Positions 11,584 to 25,140 of a stretch of 64,000 bases of DNA are shown piece after piece. A program made the position numbers and the translations under genes. The DNA lies in NCBI RefSeq assembly GCF_009834535.1, contig NC_045707.1, positions 47,866,001-47,930,000 on the forward strand, given 5' to 3'. Origin of the DNA: Camelus ferus (Eukaryota). Position 1 is the stretch's first letter; the number at the start of each line of letters is the position of its first letter. The notes below the pieces were generated by a model. It had not been told where the DNA came from, did no database searches, and saw only the letters and a list, made by a program, of their open reading frames with translations.

Positions 11584-13084
11584 ATGAGACTCTAGAGGAT
11601 AAATAAAGGAGGAAAACAGAGACAAAGATTTCCTTCTAGTGAAGCTGGGTAATGACTTTACTGTCAGTGGATCAAGGTTAAAATCTTCTCTGTCTCTCCC
11701 TCCAGGCAGCTTTCCAATAAATGTCTAAATACATCCCAGGCCAGCAGAGGCAGAATTGAATATTACGTGGTGAATAAGGGATGGGGCTGTATATAGAAAA
11801 GACATTTTTAAAGTTATCTTGTGATTTAGGAAATAATTTTTCATCATTTCCTTGGCTGACTTTGAAAATAGAGCTTAAGAATAAGGAAAAGACTATGAAG
11901 CACATAGTCTGAAAATGATTGAACCAAGCAATTCTGTCTTGGTGCATCGATTCGGATATTACAGAGGCACTTGTTAGCATTCTGTTTTAGCATTAATATT
12001 GCATACATGCACAGACACGTTCCTTTTCAATAAGACCTCTGGGGGGAGGAAAAAACCCTGAGGTAGACAACATAATCCTTGCAAAGATTTTAAATAGGAA
12101 GCACAAATATTCCCACACTTGAGACTGGTGAGGTTCGAAAAAAATAGATGAGAGTTATACATATTAAATACTAATGTAAGTGATTGCAGACACCCATACT
12201 TTAATTGGCACCTGTGGTTTAATTCAGGACATTTTAGGAATTCTGACAGCCTTAGAAAGGGGTTTCAGACATCTATATTTGTCCACAGTCTTTCTTCCAA
12301 GATTCAGTTTATGGGCCATTTTTAAAAAATCCCATTGGTTTCTTATATAGTTTTGAGTAGTGCCTTCTAAATTCCCTCTAAGTGAACTTAAAAATAAAAT
12401 GCACTTGCCTTTATGCTAATAACATTTGGGGTCTAAAAATAGTGTTCACAACTTTATACTCTGGCTCCTGTATGTGATGGATGGATAGGCTTTGCTCTGG
12501 GAATGGACCCCTTCATACACACCTCAGTTCTCCTGAATTAGAACAGTGATGCTCATGGGTTCGGTTTATTCTCTGTCTCCGTAGCTCCTTCACTGCCCTT
12601 TCAGCCAAATATTATCTGAAGTATCCATAGCTTCAAAAAAAAATTTATGTTTATTAAGGGGTGACCCAGCTATTGCAAGGATAAAAGGAAATAACAATGG
12701 CTTTTTAAAGGGACAGAAAGAACACTTCTAAAGCATTGGCAAGTGGCCTCAATAAACGCTGAGTTAGAGGCTAGAAGGTCTTTGGGAGGGCCTCTCACAT
12801 TAGGTATCTGATTTCCAGTTCTCTTTATGCTATGGTCAGCTCTGAAACTAGGATCTTCTTCAGAGGTGCCCTGAGTGCATAGATGAGCACATTTTGAGAA
12901 CAGTTTCCTCAGTGGGATCTGTACATAAAAGACCACCCATGTTTACTCATAGCAAGATTTATAAAAAAGCACCAGACATTCTTCTTTTACTTCGTAGCTG
13001 CTTTCTCTTCCCCAGCCTGGAGTGATAGGACTGAAGATTTTATAAAATCCATGTATTTGATGGGAAGTCCATTGCAGAGATTCC

Positions 13085-13340
13085 ATTTATTTTTCAAGTC
13101 TTTTCTGACTCCCTACCCCCTCCTCCAGTAGAATTAATGGTTTCTCCGTTTGGATCATTTGGTACCTGTACCTATTCTTCTACTTATGCCTACAACACAA
13201 TACTTTATTGCACTTAATCATATACTGTGTTGTCTCTTCCCCACTAGTCTCCTTAATAGAAGTGACTGAGCTTCATTTGTATTTTTATCCCCAAATGCAA
13301 GATGTAGGTGCTATTTCAGTGTCCCACTTAAATGAAAGGA
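13085..13340 (+). mobile_element. L2 3' fragment
   Basis: aagtcttttctgactccc...gtctcttccccactag...tttgtatttttatcccc. Confidence 0.6.
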
Positions 13341-14564
13341 TCAGGAAAGATTATCCACTGCATTAAATCCTGTTAAATCCTGCTCCCTCAGAGCCCTGTA
13401 AACTAGGGGTTCACAAAGTAGAAAGAGACATTCAAACACATCCATTCTTCCCTGTTCCAGATCATCAAGAGGAGTGTGGAAGGTTTTATGGGACCACACA
13501 TAACATACAACACTTTTATCTATCCCTGGTTGTCCTAGCAGTGAAGATAAAAGCAGAAATGTAGGAGGTCCCGACCCCTACATGCTGAGTTTGGGGCAGT
13601 CTGCTTCTGGCTTGAGAGAACCACTGTTGAAACTCCTCCACAAGGTCAACCCACCTTAAGGCCCTGTGGAAGTGACTGCTTGTTTCCTTACTGCTACTCT
13701 CAGTTAATACCTTATCTTAGCATCCCTACCTCTGCAGCTACAGAGGAGCTGGTGGCTTTCATTTATCTTAAATGAACATTCTTCAGTTCAACCAATGCTG
13801 CTCGTGAATTTTAAGCAGCCTTCTCAGAAACCCAGAAGTCAATGCCATCATTTCAAAAGAACAGTCTTAGTCCATTTAACTCCTTATCCTTGAATGTCCA
13901 ACCCTTGAAAATACAGCATGTAAAACTTCACTTCAGAATAATTTATTGGATTACCAGGGCTACTAACATAATCGTCTAATCTAATCAGAATTACAGTCTC
14001 TGGTCAGTAGCAAAGTGGCCCTTCAGAAATGAGTTTTCTGGTATAACTGGAAATGATGCCTAATATATGTTTGGTGAACGAATGAATGAATGAACTAACA
14101 AATGGCATCTGAGCTCAGTTTTCACTCTTTCACGCACTGGTCTGCATAATCACTTCCCTTGAGATCGTGTGCTATGTACCCAGCATCACAATCTGATTTT
14201 AATTCTAGAAGACAAGAAGTGTAAAGAAGAAACTGGACTGCTGGTGTCACAAAAAAGGCATCAGAAAAGTTTTAGATGACTCCCAAAAGGTGATTTTTTG
14301 TAGTTACTGTTTTTTAATCAACAGAAGAGTTGAAGAAGTTTTTCAGCCCTTCAAAAGAGTAAGTATTGATAGGTTTATAGTGCCTGTCCCATAGGGATAT
14401 CAGAGTACATTTGAAGAAAGTTGTAACACCAAATAATTTTTTAGATACTGTATATCTTTCTCTATAATTTCAGAAGATGTCATTATGAGAAACCTCTGAG
14501 TGATTCCTGAACAGGTCACTTCACTCATGGTGCCACCTGCATCTTTTGTCACTCATGTGACTAA

Positions 14565-14648
14565 TTCCTCCCTCCCTTTCTTTCTTTCTCTTTTTCTTCT
14601 TCCTTCCTTTCTCCTCTTCTCCTTTCCTTTCTTCTTCCTTCCTTCTTA
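14565..14648 (+). repeat. CT-rich simple repeat
   Basis: ttcctccctccctttctttctttctc...ttccttccttc. Confidence 0.8.
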
Positions 14649-14649
14649 T

Positions 14650-14840
14650 TAGTTGCTACACTTAGATATATTCATAAACATTATCTTATATATCCTCACA
14701 ACAATGAAATGTAAGTATTACTGTAATTATTTTTACAATTTGGGAATCAGTCTTGGAGACATTACTTGTTCTGGGTCACACAGTAGAACCAGTATTCAAA
14801 CCTAAGACTGAAAAGCTCCAAGGTCCATGATCAGTCCATT
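14650..14840 (-). mobile_element. MIR SINE
   Basis: atcctcacaacaat...gggtcacacagtagaaccagtattcaaacctaag. Confidence 0.65.
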
Positions 14841-15339
14841 TTATCAGTTTGTTTCTGATATTTAAAAAGAAGTGATTGTTGAAAAATAGTAACGTGTTTT
14901 AGAGGTTATTAAAAGCTAATTTAAAAGCTAATGAAAGAGAAGAAAAAAATTGGAAAATACAAGATAAATCAGAAACACAGCATATTTTTATAGCCCTAAG
15001 CAAGAGGAAGAGAAAAACAGAATTAACAAGGATTAAATGTTATTTTCTTCAAGACTCTTCTTGATGTATTATAAAACTTGATCATGGTGTCCTTAAAAGC
15101 CATAATATAATTATCTGGATGCAATCATTTGACAATGAAATGCAATTCTTTGAGTTTACTTTGATATCCAAAGACAGCAATGATGGCCTCCAGGGACAAA
15201 GAATAAAAATACTGACGGAGACACATGTGAAAGGATGTCATTTACAGAGAAGCCCAAAATATTTTACTGCTGGTTTATCTGCTCACTCTTTATCAGTTAG
15301 CCTAGGTTCCTCTAAATGTAAGAAACTGAATGTTTGGGT

Positions 15340-16165
15340 TTCTATTTAGGTATTTCCATTGGTACCTAAATTGGTCAAATGATTGCATGCTTTTAGGATG
15401 GATTCCAAAATCCTTAACTAGCTGACCTACAATGTGCTGCAGGATCTGGTTCTTTGAACTTCCAACCTCATCTCAACCACTCCCATCTGGCTGTCCATGC
15501 TCTTCCACCACTAGCCTTTCTTTTTCCCAGAATACCGTGTCCATGCTGCTTCTGTTTCAGGATCTTCACCTTTTTATTACATTTCTTTTGCCCATCCCCT
15601 CCCTCCCCTATCTTCTAACCTCTTTTCACCCTTTTTTATTTTCTTTCATGTCTCCTTTTCTTAGAGAGCTCCCCTAGATAGCACTGGCCAAGTATGTCCC
15701 CCCACCCCCAGCTGAGCACTTTGCTAGTTCCCAACACTGTTCTAAATGCTTCCTATGTACTATCTCTTTAATCTCCACAACAAACCTCAGAGGGAGGTTT
15801 TGCTACAGTCCCATGGCATAGCTGGGGAAACTGAGGCACCGAGCAACTGGTCCACTGTCACAGGGCTGGTATGAGGAAGAACAAGACTGGAGCCTCCTTT
15901 TTGGGTTCCAGAGTCCATCATTCTCTCAACCACTCGACTCAGCTGCCTCTCTTAGGAAACTCTATCTGCTCACTCTTAGCATCCTTCTCCTTGAAGCACT
16001 TATCCTCATAGTTATTTGTGAAATTGTTTGCCTTTTGGCCATTTTTCCTACTATAACCTTTATCAGAGCAAGGTCTAATTCTCAACCGTAGCCCCTACAT
16101 CTAGCATTTGTGCCTGGAGCATAGGAGGTAGCTAATAAATGTTTGACAAGTAAATAAATAAATAG
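15340..16165 (+). mobile_element. L2 LINE fragment interrupted by a MIR
   Basis: L2 body (ccaaaatccttaac...ccaccactagcctttctttttccc) and 3' end (gtgcctggagcataggaggtagctaataaatgtttg). Confidence 0.65.
15710..15950 (-). mobile_element. MIR SINE nested in L2
   Basis: tttaatctccacaacaaacc...ggggaaactgaggcaccgag...ccagagtcc. Confidence 0.75.
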
Positions 16166-17039
16166 ATGGTCAAATGGAGGGACAGATGGATGGGCAGATG
16201 AATTACTTTGTTGGCTTATGTCTTTTAAAAATGGTGCCAGTGAATCTTGGATTTTAAGCTTTATACACAGACAATACCTCTGTCCCTAGGGTAGCAATGT
16301 TATCTTAGACAAAGAGTAGGGTATTTTGGATATTTTGATATTTAGGTCTTGATTCATCTTGATTTTAGTTTTTCAACGGGAAGCACTGACATTGTATGCC
16401 CCAGATCCAGCCAAACTTCTAGGAGGTCAACAATAAAATCGGGAGGAGACAGAGAAGGAGTAGGATAAAATGGTGTAGTATTTCTTAGCTAAAAGAGACC
16501 ATGAAGATCACCACATTCAATTCCTTCATGTTACAGTAGTTGATGTAGTAATGATTCTTAGGTACCTGGGCCAGATTTATTCAACCATATCTTCACCTGT
16601 TTTCAGCATAGGCGATAGAATTCAAAAGTGCTCTGCCAGTGCCCTGCTGTCTGGTGTGCTCTGCTGCTGTCAGATAAAGATAAGAAAAGGGGCATTTTAG
16701 ACTGTTCACATGACTCTGATACTGACCCTTTCATACAGCTACAGAAGACTCAGTGACTGATAATGACTCCAGAAACATCACCTACTAACCAAGTGTCTGA
16801 ACTCTAACACAAATCAACAATCTGAAGGCATCAAGCCATTATTTCACAGAAGTATGAATTTTGAACACAGGTTTCTGAAGAAAAAGCACTTTTGCAAAGG
16901 TATTCCATCTGAAAATAGTATGGCTATTTTTGTTAAGATTTAAGGCTGATTTCAAAGAAAAGACCTCTCTGGATATTTTTTCCTCATTTGGGTGTCTGAC
17001 CTGCATAGAAATATAATTCCAAACCCAAAGTTTGCATAG

Positions 17040-17470
17040 AAGAATACTGCACGGAGCACAGGATTTGAAGCTAGGAAACTGTCCTCTTTCTATCTGTGAC
17101 CTTGGGCAAGCCACTTAACCTCTCTGAGTCTCAGTGTTCTCATCTGCAAAATGGAGCTAGTCCTTTGACAAACACCTGTATGGTGTTTTCTTTGGGTGAG
17201 GTTTACGAATGACATAGAAAACTACCATTTCTCAAGTGTGTACCATGTTTTCAATACTTTACCTATATTACAGTCACTCTGTCACAACAAACCCTGTGAT
17301 GAAGACACTGGAATCACATCTTGGAGAGTTCAGCTACACAGTGAGTGGACAAGCCAGGATTCAAATCCAAGTCCAGTGACCCCAAACCCTTACTCCTTGC
17401 ACTCAGCTTCACATACTGGCTCACGTATGGGAAAGGACTTTGAAAACTGTGAAGGGCTAGCTGTGTGACT
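17040..17470. mobile_element. MIR (+) interrupted by MIR (-)
   Basis: The + copy reads tgtgaccttgggcaagccacttaacctctctgagtctcagtgttctcatctgcaaaatgg. A reverse copy occupies about 17220-17410, and the + tail resumes near 17415. Confidence 0.7.
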
Positions 17471-17864
17471 ACTATTGTTTTTTTATGTGGCCTTAATTGG
17501 GTTTATGCTCTCCTCCTAAATTCTCTTTTTGTTCATTGTTAGCTTGAAGAGGAATCCTTAGTGACTCCTTGGAAGAGAAAGGCAATGGAGCTTGCAGTAG
17601 CTTTTTGCCTGCTTGCCTGTCTTGTGGCTCTGCCCATTCTCCACATTTCCAAGGGGAGAAGAGTAGTCGTAATGGGTTCTCCAGAGACCCCACAGGCTGG
17701 GACAAGGAGCCAAGCCCTCCTTCTCTTTTGTTCTTCCCAAATATCAGAGTATCTTCAGACAAAGTTCCCTCATTTTCCAGCAAAATCCTATACTTTTGGG
17801 AGCACTTATTCTCTTGAAGTTAATCTACCATTTAGGGTCTTAAATGTTTAAAGTGTGATTATTT

Positions 17865-18475
17865 TATTCTACTTTACTTTATTTTTATTTTTCCCAGTTT
17901 TATTCAGGTATAATTGACAAATACAATTGTATATATTTAAAGTGCACAACAGGATGATTTTATATAAGTATACATTGTGAAATGATTGCCATAGTCAAGT
18001 TAATTAACGTATCCATCACTTCATATACCTCATATAGTTACTTTTTTTTTTTTTTGGTGAGAATGCTTAAAATCTACTCTTCTCGCAAATTTCAAGTATA
18101 CCATACAGTATTATTAACTATAATCACTGTGCCGTACCTTAGATACTCAGAATGTACTCATCTTATAACTGAAGTTTGTACCCTTTGACCAATATCTCCC
18201 CATTTCCCTCACCTGCCAGCCTCTAGCAACTACCATTCTGTGTTTCTATGAATTTGACTTGTTTTTTTAGGTTTCACATATAAGTGATACCATATAGTAT
18301 TTGTCCTTCTCTACTTGGCTAATTTCACTTAGCATAATATGCTCTAGGTTCATCCACGGTGTTGCAAATGTCAGGATTTCCTTGCTTTCTATGATTGAGT
18401 AATATTCCATTGTATGTATATACCACATTTGGTTTATCCATTCATCCACCAACGGACACTTAGGTTGTTTCCATG
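17865..18475 (-). mobile_element. L1 3' end (L1MA9-like) with ORF2 C-terminal remnant
   Basis: ttttattcaggtataattgacaaat... at the 3' end. The minus ORF 18267-18452 (VDEWINQMWYIHTMEYYS...MLSEISQ) is the L1 ORF2 C-terminus. Confidence 0.9.
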
Positions 18476-18959
18476 AAGTGCTGCTGATCTCAAATTCTTT
18501 TGTCTCACACTCCTTTTATACTCCTGTGGTTGCTGGTTGGTTTGAAGGTGGAGTTAGTACTCCCAACAGCAATAGCCAGCATCATGGGGACACTTGGCCA
18601 CCAGGAGATTCTCTAGACTACTATCTGTGCTGCTTTGTGGTGAACTGGAACAGGAATGTGGCCAAAATACTGACACTGACACTGAGGTTGGGCATGTACA
18701 ATATCTAGAACCACTGAGGACAAAACAATGATGAAAAACATGGGAGATGCATTATACAGTGAATGGAAATTGAACACAGAGATGGAGACAGATAAAGAAA
18801 AAGGCTGAACAACTGAAATACCTGATTTTTTTCCCAATCTCAGAGTGTTTTTTCCTCCTTAGGTAGACAGAACTTGCTGCAGTGTTACATGATATTATTG
18901 CCTGAGGTGACCACAGAATTTATGGATGAAGCCAAGATACTTTTGAGAGTAATAGGAGA

Positions 18960-19032
18960 TGTTAATCCTATTCCCAGGACAACAGGCATACCCTGACTGT
19001 CTCGGGCAAGGCAGGATGTATGGTCTGCCCAG
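18960..19032. mobile_element. MER94-like hAT-Blackjack MITE, partial
   Basis: ggacaacaggcataccctgactgtctcgggcaaggcaggatgtatggtc resembles the MER94 terminus. Confidence 0.6.
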
Positions 19033-19214
19033 TATTTTCCATTATGTCCATTCTAGTCTCCAGGATCTGTGTTCTAGATGTGCTTTGAAATGAGATCTGC
19101 TGTGTCCTGCCCCCCTGCCCCCAGCATGGCCTAATGCATAATCACTTCCTTCTCATTGAGTGGGTAGTTCCCATTTCACCCTTCCTCAACTCTGCTCCCA
19201 GTTAGGCTTCATGT

Positions 19215-19475
19215 TCTCAAATGTAGGGGTCAAGATGGATTCTTCAGTCAAACAGACTTGAGTTTTAATTTTAGCCTGCCAATTACTAGCTGTGATATTT
19301 AGGCAAAAGTTACTTAAACACCCCCAATTCTCTGATTTCTCACCTGTGAGGTGGGGATAGTAATGGTACCTACCTCCTACAGTCATTGTGAGGATGAAAT
19401 GAGGTAATGCAGGTAAACTGATTGACAGTGCCGGGCACATAGTAAGTGTTCAGTGTACATTTGCTATAATTACTA
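19215..19475 (+). mobile_element. MIR SINE, near full length
   Basis: cagtcaaacagacttgagtttt...tactagctgtgat...gtgaggatgaaatgaggtaatgc...gggcacatagtaagtgttcag. Confidence 0.85.
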
Positions 19476-19994
19476 GCTATCAGTCTTGATGAAAAGGCAG
19501 ATTATATAACTCTTCATATTTTACCCCCTAAGGCCAATAAATAACTAGAATAATATCCCACTGCCCTCCAGGTGAAATTAATCCTTTTCCCATTTGGCTT
19601 GTACTCTCACACTCCTTGTATAATGTTTAGAGTCCGTTATGCCCAACTAGACTTGTGTTTGTATCTATTTCCTCTCGTTCTTTTCTTCTTCCTATCCCCT
19701 GATCCCTGGCACTGCCTCACCCATGGTACATGCTCAGTAACTATTTGTGGAATTCAAATTCCACTAAGGGTGGTTTGGAAAAGACCATCCAAATTCTTTT
19801 CAACTCAGTAAATAAATGCACCACTCCTGCATCATGGTCTCTGAAACCACCCCGCTTCGCTCCTTTGGAATGGGAAATGCACACTTGAAATTCAAGGTCC
19901 TCAGAATAGAGGTCCAGTCTTGGGCTGAGTCTGGGAGCTGAATCAGCTGGCTTGTTGTGCTGGGCCTGGGTGAGCAGCAACCAAGTGAACTGGA

Positions 19995-20205
19995 GTGGAC
20001 AGAATGGGAGCTTGGGAGACAAACAAATGTGTCCTGGCCCTGCCAGCAGCTTTGTGATTTTGGCTAACTTTATATCACTCACTGAGCCTCACCTTCCTCA
20101 GCTGAGAAGTGGAAATGATAACGTCTGTGTTTTAGTTTAATCTAGGATAATAGATGATATACAGTGTGTAGCATGTTAGTGGGAGTTCAATAAATAGTGA
20201 CTGTT
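19995..20205 (+). mobile_element. MIR SINE
   Basis: cctggccctgcca...ctgagcctcaccttcctcagctgagaagtggaaatgataa. Confidence 0.65.
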
Positions 20206-20479
20206 GGTCTCCTGGACATAAGTCTAGTTATTCAGGTAAGAATTCCCAGCAGAGCTAAGATGAATTTAGAAGGCCAATCACAAAACAACTTAGCAGGAGT
20301 CATCAACAAGCCGGAATCAGAAAACAGGAGAAAAGAGCTTATGTTAAGAAATTGACCAGGCTCAGAGCAAGAGGCCATAAAATAAACCCAAATCCCCAGC
20401 CTGACATGGGTACCCAGGTCAAGTTAACCAATGCATTTTGCTTATACAGAGATTCCCAAGATAAATGCTGCCTTTTAAA

Positions 20480-20650
20480 CTCTAGCCTTGCTACCCAAAG
20501 TGTAGTCCAAGGACCAGCAGCATGAACATCACCTGGAAGCTAGTTAGGAATGCGGGTCCTCAGGCCCCACCTCAAACCTCTAAATCAAAATCTGAATTGT
20601 ACTAAGATCCCCTGGTGATTCACATGGACATGAACGCTTGAGGAGGAGTG
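20480..20650. mobile_element. MER5A hAT-Charlie MITE
   Basis: gctacccaaagtgtagtccaaggaccagcagcatgaacatcacctggaagctagttaggaatgc...aagatcccctggtgattcacatg. Confidence 0.85.
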
Positions 20651-21061
20651 ACCTATCAGAAACCAGGATACCCCAGATTGACTTTTCTTGAAAATAACAT
20701 CTACCTGAGTCTGACAGGCCAGGACTCTGAACTCCCACTTGGCTTGCCAGGCTCTGAGGTGGGGTACTCTTCTGCCCAGGTCCCCAGGTCTAAGACTGCT
20801 GGTTGCATAGAGCCACACCAGCCCTCGTGGGGACTAAGGGCCCTCTGCTGGGACCAGGAGGCTGTCTTTCTTTGGAAACCTAGATTCCTTGGAGCTGTGG
20901 CCAGGTTCTCATGGAAGAACCTCTTGTTTACTTGCTACTGGCCAGTCTCCTCACTCTCTCCAAATAGTCCACCACTCATTTGCTTATGTCATTTCTTTCT
21001 CTTGGATACCTTCCTCTACTGTCCCAATCATCCAAACTTGTTGCAATCTGCATCTTCTTTT

Positions 21062-21283
21062 AAGCCAATGGCTCTTAACCTTGGCTACATTTTAGAACCA
21101 TCTAGTTACAATCTGCTGGTAGGGTTAAAAAAAAAACCCAAACCAAACAAACAAATAAAAAACAATGTTCAAGCCTCACCTTTAACCAAACCTGAATCTT
21201 TAGGGAGTAGCACTTGGACATTAGTATTTTCTTAAAACTTTCCAGATTATTCCAATGTGCAGTCAAAACTGGGAACCACTGCT
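21062..21283. mobile_element. MER5-family hAT-Charlie MITE
   Basis: ccaatggctcttaaccttggctacattttagaacca...ccaatgtgcagtcaaaactgggaaccactgc. Confidence 0.75.
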
Positions 21284-21412
21284 TTTAGCCTTTATTATTT
21301 TCTTTACTTCTAAATTATCTATGGTCTTGCAATACACAAGAAAACTTTATGTTATTTTGTACTGTTCTCTAATTTGTCAATCATCGCCCCAAATTAACTG
21401 TCAGATCTTACC

Positions 21413-21615
21413 CAGTGGTGCTGGAGCAGGCTCATCTGGGCTTGTGAAAGGCAGAAACAGTCTATGACGGTGGGCTACTGTGTGTATCTCTTTCCAGCTC
21501 CACCTTCATTGAGTTCCTGTTGGGAGCTTGCAGTCGGCCAGAAAATAGGCATACAAATCAGAGTATGCACATTTATTTTTTTTCCAGAGGGCTGGTTGTT
21601 ACCAGCATACCTCTG
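21413..21615 (+). mobile_element. MER63A-like hAT-Blackjack MITE
   Basis: TIR-like ends cagtggtgctgg / ccagcatacctctg, with internal gctactgtgtgtatctctttccagctcc. Confidence 0.8.
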
Positions 21616-21879
21616 TTCTTTATGCTGCCCCACATTTAGTTCCCAGAGCTGGGATTAGGGTAGATATTTCGTAGGTTATTACTGGGGCAGGAGTTCTCAG
21701 GACAAGATTTGTTGAGTTTGAAATAAAAAAAGAGGGTAGAGATGGAGGATGGAGAGGGAGGGAGTGTAAGCCCTGGGTAGAGGGTATGGCTCTCCGTAGA
21801 AAGACAAAGGTTCAAAAGAAGCAGATTTGCTTTGACAAGCAGTGATTTTAGGAAAATATCTAAGTCAGGTGGCAATGAT

Positions 21880-22668
21880 GAAGAATTTGAACAGACGCTT
21901 TACAGAAGCTGTATGAATGGCCAGTAATAATGCTCAACATCATTACTCATCAGGAAAATACCAGTTAAACGTACAAAGGCAATATTTTATTCCCAATAAA
22001 TGGTTAAAATAAAAAAGACTGCTAATACCAAATAATGGAAAGAATGTGAAATAACAGGAACTTTTGTACATTCCTGGTTGGGGGTATAAAATTAAGCAAA
22101 ATCTTTAGAGAACTCTTTGTCAACTTCCTATAAAGTTAACGTTCCTCTATATTATTAACAAGCATTTCCGTTCCCAGGCATTTACCTAATTGGAAGGAGA
22201 ACTTTAGGCCCACTAAAAGACTTTTACAAGGATTGCAATCTTACTCATAACAGCTAAAAAACTAGAAAGAAACCAAATGTCCGTCTACAGGAGTATGGAT
22301 AAACTAATGGTGATATATTCATAAAATGGGAACGTACTCAGCAATAAAATAAAAAGGAGTGAACTACTGATACATGCAACAATATTGGTGAATCTCAGAA
22401 ACTGTAGTAAGCTGGACACAAACCTGTACACATCATGTGACTCCACTTATGTGAAGTTCAAAAACAGGCTAAATTAATCTATGATTATAGAAAACAAAAT
22501 GGTGGTTTTCTTCACTGGAAAAAGGCACAAGGGAACTTTCCAGGGTGATGGAAATGTTGGACATCTTGTTTGAATTGTAGTTGTGATTATATGCAATAGT
22601 CAAAACTCATTGAACTGAATACTTCAGATCTACGTATTTTATCTTATGTGACTTATACCTCAAAAAAT
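21880..22668 (+). mobile_element. Old L1 ORF2 end and 3' UTR (L1ME/L1MB-like)
   Basis: tttgaacagacgctttac...tgctcaacatcattactcatcagg...aaactagaaagaaaccaaatgtcc...ttatacctcaaaaaa. Confidence 0.85.
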
Positions 22669-22692
22669 GGTAAATAATATATGCATATATAC

Positions 22693-23180
22693 TGTATAAC
22701 TTGTCTATTGCTGCATAACAAATTACCCCAAAATTCAGAGCTTAAATCAATAAACATTTATCATCTCAGAGTTTCTGAGGGTCAGGAATCTGGGAATAGC
22801 TTAGCTGGGTGGTTCTGACTCATGAAGTTGTAATCAAGTTACTAGCGAGGGTCACAATCTCAGAAGACTTGCTTAGGAGTTGAAGGATTTGCTTTCAAGC
22901 TCACTCACCCAGCTGTTGGCAGATGGCTTCATCTCTTGACCACCTGGGCCCTTCCATACAGCTACTCAGAACATGAGTGGGAATGACCAGGTGAGTGACC
23001 CTAGAGAGAGAACTCTCATCACAGAAGCCACCGTCTTTTATAGCTAATCTCAGAAGTGGCATACCATCACTTCTGCGGTGTTCCATTGGCCACAAAGATC
23101 ACCCCCAGTACAGTTTGGGAGGGAAGTACCCAAGAGTTGGAATGCCCTTGTGGAGGGTGGGGCTAGTGGAAAACTTTATA
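22693..23180 (-). mobile_element. MaLR LTR (MLT1F-like)
   Basis: tctattgctgcataacaaattacccc...tttctgagggtcaggaatctggg...cagaagtggcataccatcacttctgc. Confidence 0.85.
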
Positions 23181-23499
23181 CAGTGCCCGGCAGTTTCGAC
23201 CAATATCATGGTCATTATTTGGTATTCCAGGCATATTGGGCAAAATGTATTCACATCTCGTGAATATATCTTGAGCATCAGGAGGCCCCAGTGAAATCAG
23301 TTTTAGCTGAGAGGGGAGGAGAAGTCAGGGAGGAATATACCCTTCAATGAACCAAAAGGAGTAAAGGACTCAGTCTGCCAAGAACAGAACAAGGCAGTGA
23401 GAACTCAAACCACGCAGGGAAGGGGAGAATTTGACAAATGGTAGAAGGAAGTCGGGTCAAGGGGTGACATGCTGGGGGATAGGGATATATGAACACACT

Positions 23500-23860
23500 T
23501 ATTGGCTGTAACGACACCACCCTCTCTTGGTTCCTCTCTTCCTTCCCCAGCTGAAATGTTTTGAACGGCTTTGCTGGCTCATGCTTTTTTCATCCTGGAA
23601 TGACCTTCTTCCCTCCTTCCAAGATTGACGACACTCCCGCCTCTCGGCAGTGGCTCCTTTCTCCGCTGTCACAGTGCATCCTTTGTACCTGTGGCCTGAC
23701 TCTTATTTTATTCTGTTTGATTTGATTGCTAGTTGTTTACCTCTATCTCTAACACTATTTTTTGAGCTTCCTGAGCCCAAGGACTGTGTCTTATCTGTTC
23801 TCTGTCTTTCTGAAGTGCCTGACACATAATAGATGCTCTATATATGTTGGCTGAAATAAA
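23500..23860 (+). mobile_element. L2 fragment
   Basis: tttgagcttcctgagcccaaggactgtgtctt...gtgcctgacacataatagatgctc. Confidence 0.7.
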
Positions 23861-24904
23861 ACGGCATGTGACTGAAATTTAAATCCCATGTTTTCTAAAC
23901 TTAAAATGTTCAAAAGCCTCATAGTCTTTTTATTAACCAGAAAATTAGTCAATCTCCAATAGAAAAGAATGACTCTCCCTCTTCACACACATTTTAGCCC
24001 CTTTGGGAGCCCACGACTGTACAGGCCTAAGTCAGAAAGTTTTCATGACTTTAGGTATCACGGTGACAGTTGATGTTGAACTTAAAAAAAGCACAGAGGG
24101 ACAGATTAACTCTAATGACAAAGAAGAAGTCCAGTTCAAAAAGAGTATCTCAGACAGCTGTGAGCCATTCAGGAACTGAATCAAACGTTTCATTGATTTT
24201 TGCTTATAAGTTCCAATTCTTGTACTTTTTCTATTTATATATCCAAAGCCATGTACTTATAATACTCCTTAAGCACCCTTTTCATCACTGTTCCTGGGAA
24301 TTCCCTAATTAAAAATCCATCGTAATCCCCAGCTTTTTTGTTTTTTACTTGAAAGATGTGTTTATTTACAGTAGATGGATTTCTGTTATACCCTTGCAGT
24401 TTTGGTTATGTGATATCCTCTTTCTTCTCCAAGGGCCTTGAGTCCCAAGTACTTCTGTAAGGTCTGATCATGGACAGGTATCATGGAGCATAGCTTCAAG
24501 GGCTTCAAGGGCTTTCCAGGTTGGAAGAGAAAAAATCATGGTGATCTCACTCTTGGAAGCACAAGTAGGTTAAGTGTCCCAGGACGGTCCCTGTCAACAA
24601 GACAGAATTCAGTGCCTGTGTCCTTAATCTGCCCCATCGTTGAGGCCCTTGTCCTGAGACACAAACCCAGCCCAATTTGTGAGTCAGCCTTGACTAGGCT
24701 GAAAGTACAGCTGTGAGTCCCACCCACGGGTGGACTCCAGAATTAATTAGGGCTGGTTGCCAGTCCTGCCATCCACATACGCCCTTTTGCCATAATCTTC
24801 AGGGCATTTTACAAGAATCAGTCAACATGAGTAAGGGGCTAAGTATGAGGATGGGACTTTGTGCTTCTGTTTTCCTACTTAGTCCTTTAATTGGGTCCAA
24901 CGGA

Positions 24905-25140
24905 GTGAGAGACAGTGTGATATATTTAATAGAAAGAGCCCAAAATCTAGTCAAGCTAATCTAGAGTCTTCTTCCCACGTCCATCTCTTATTAGCTGTCT
25001 AGTCTTGGACCCATTATATAACCTCTTTTCCCATTTGGGAAATGGAAGGAACAATATTTCCATTATTATTTGTTACAATAATTAAATGACCAGAGGGGTG
25101 TGCAGGCCCTAGCACATAGCATGTGCCCACTAATGTTATT
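24905..25140 (+). mobile_element. MIR SINE, degenerate
   Basis: cttattagctgtctagtcttggac...ctagcacatagcatgtgcccactaatgtt. Confidence 0.55.

Noticed and set aside
12059..12080. TGAGGTAG (let-7 5' end)
   Set aside because: The match stops after 8 nt and there is no complementary hairpin arm.
17585..17660. Signal-peptide-like MELAVAFCLLACLVALP with good Kozak context
   Set aside because: There is no splice donor or recognisable mature domain, and hydrophobic runs arise easily from T/C-rich DNA.
18267..18452. Protein-like ORF MVDEWINQMWYIHTMEYYS...
   Set aside because: It is the L1 ORF2 C-terminus inside a truncated L1, not a host gene.
20648..21235. Longest ORF (195 aa)
   Set aside because: It has a non-ATG start, no recognisable domain, and runs from the edge of one MER5 element into another.
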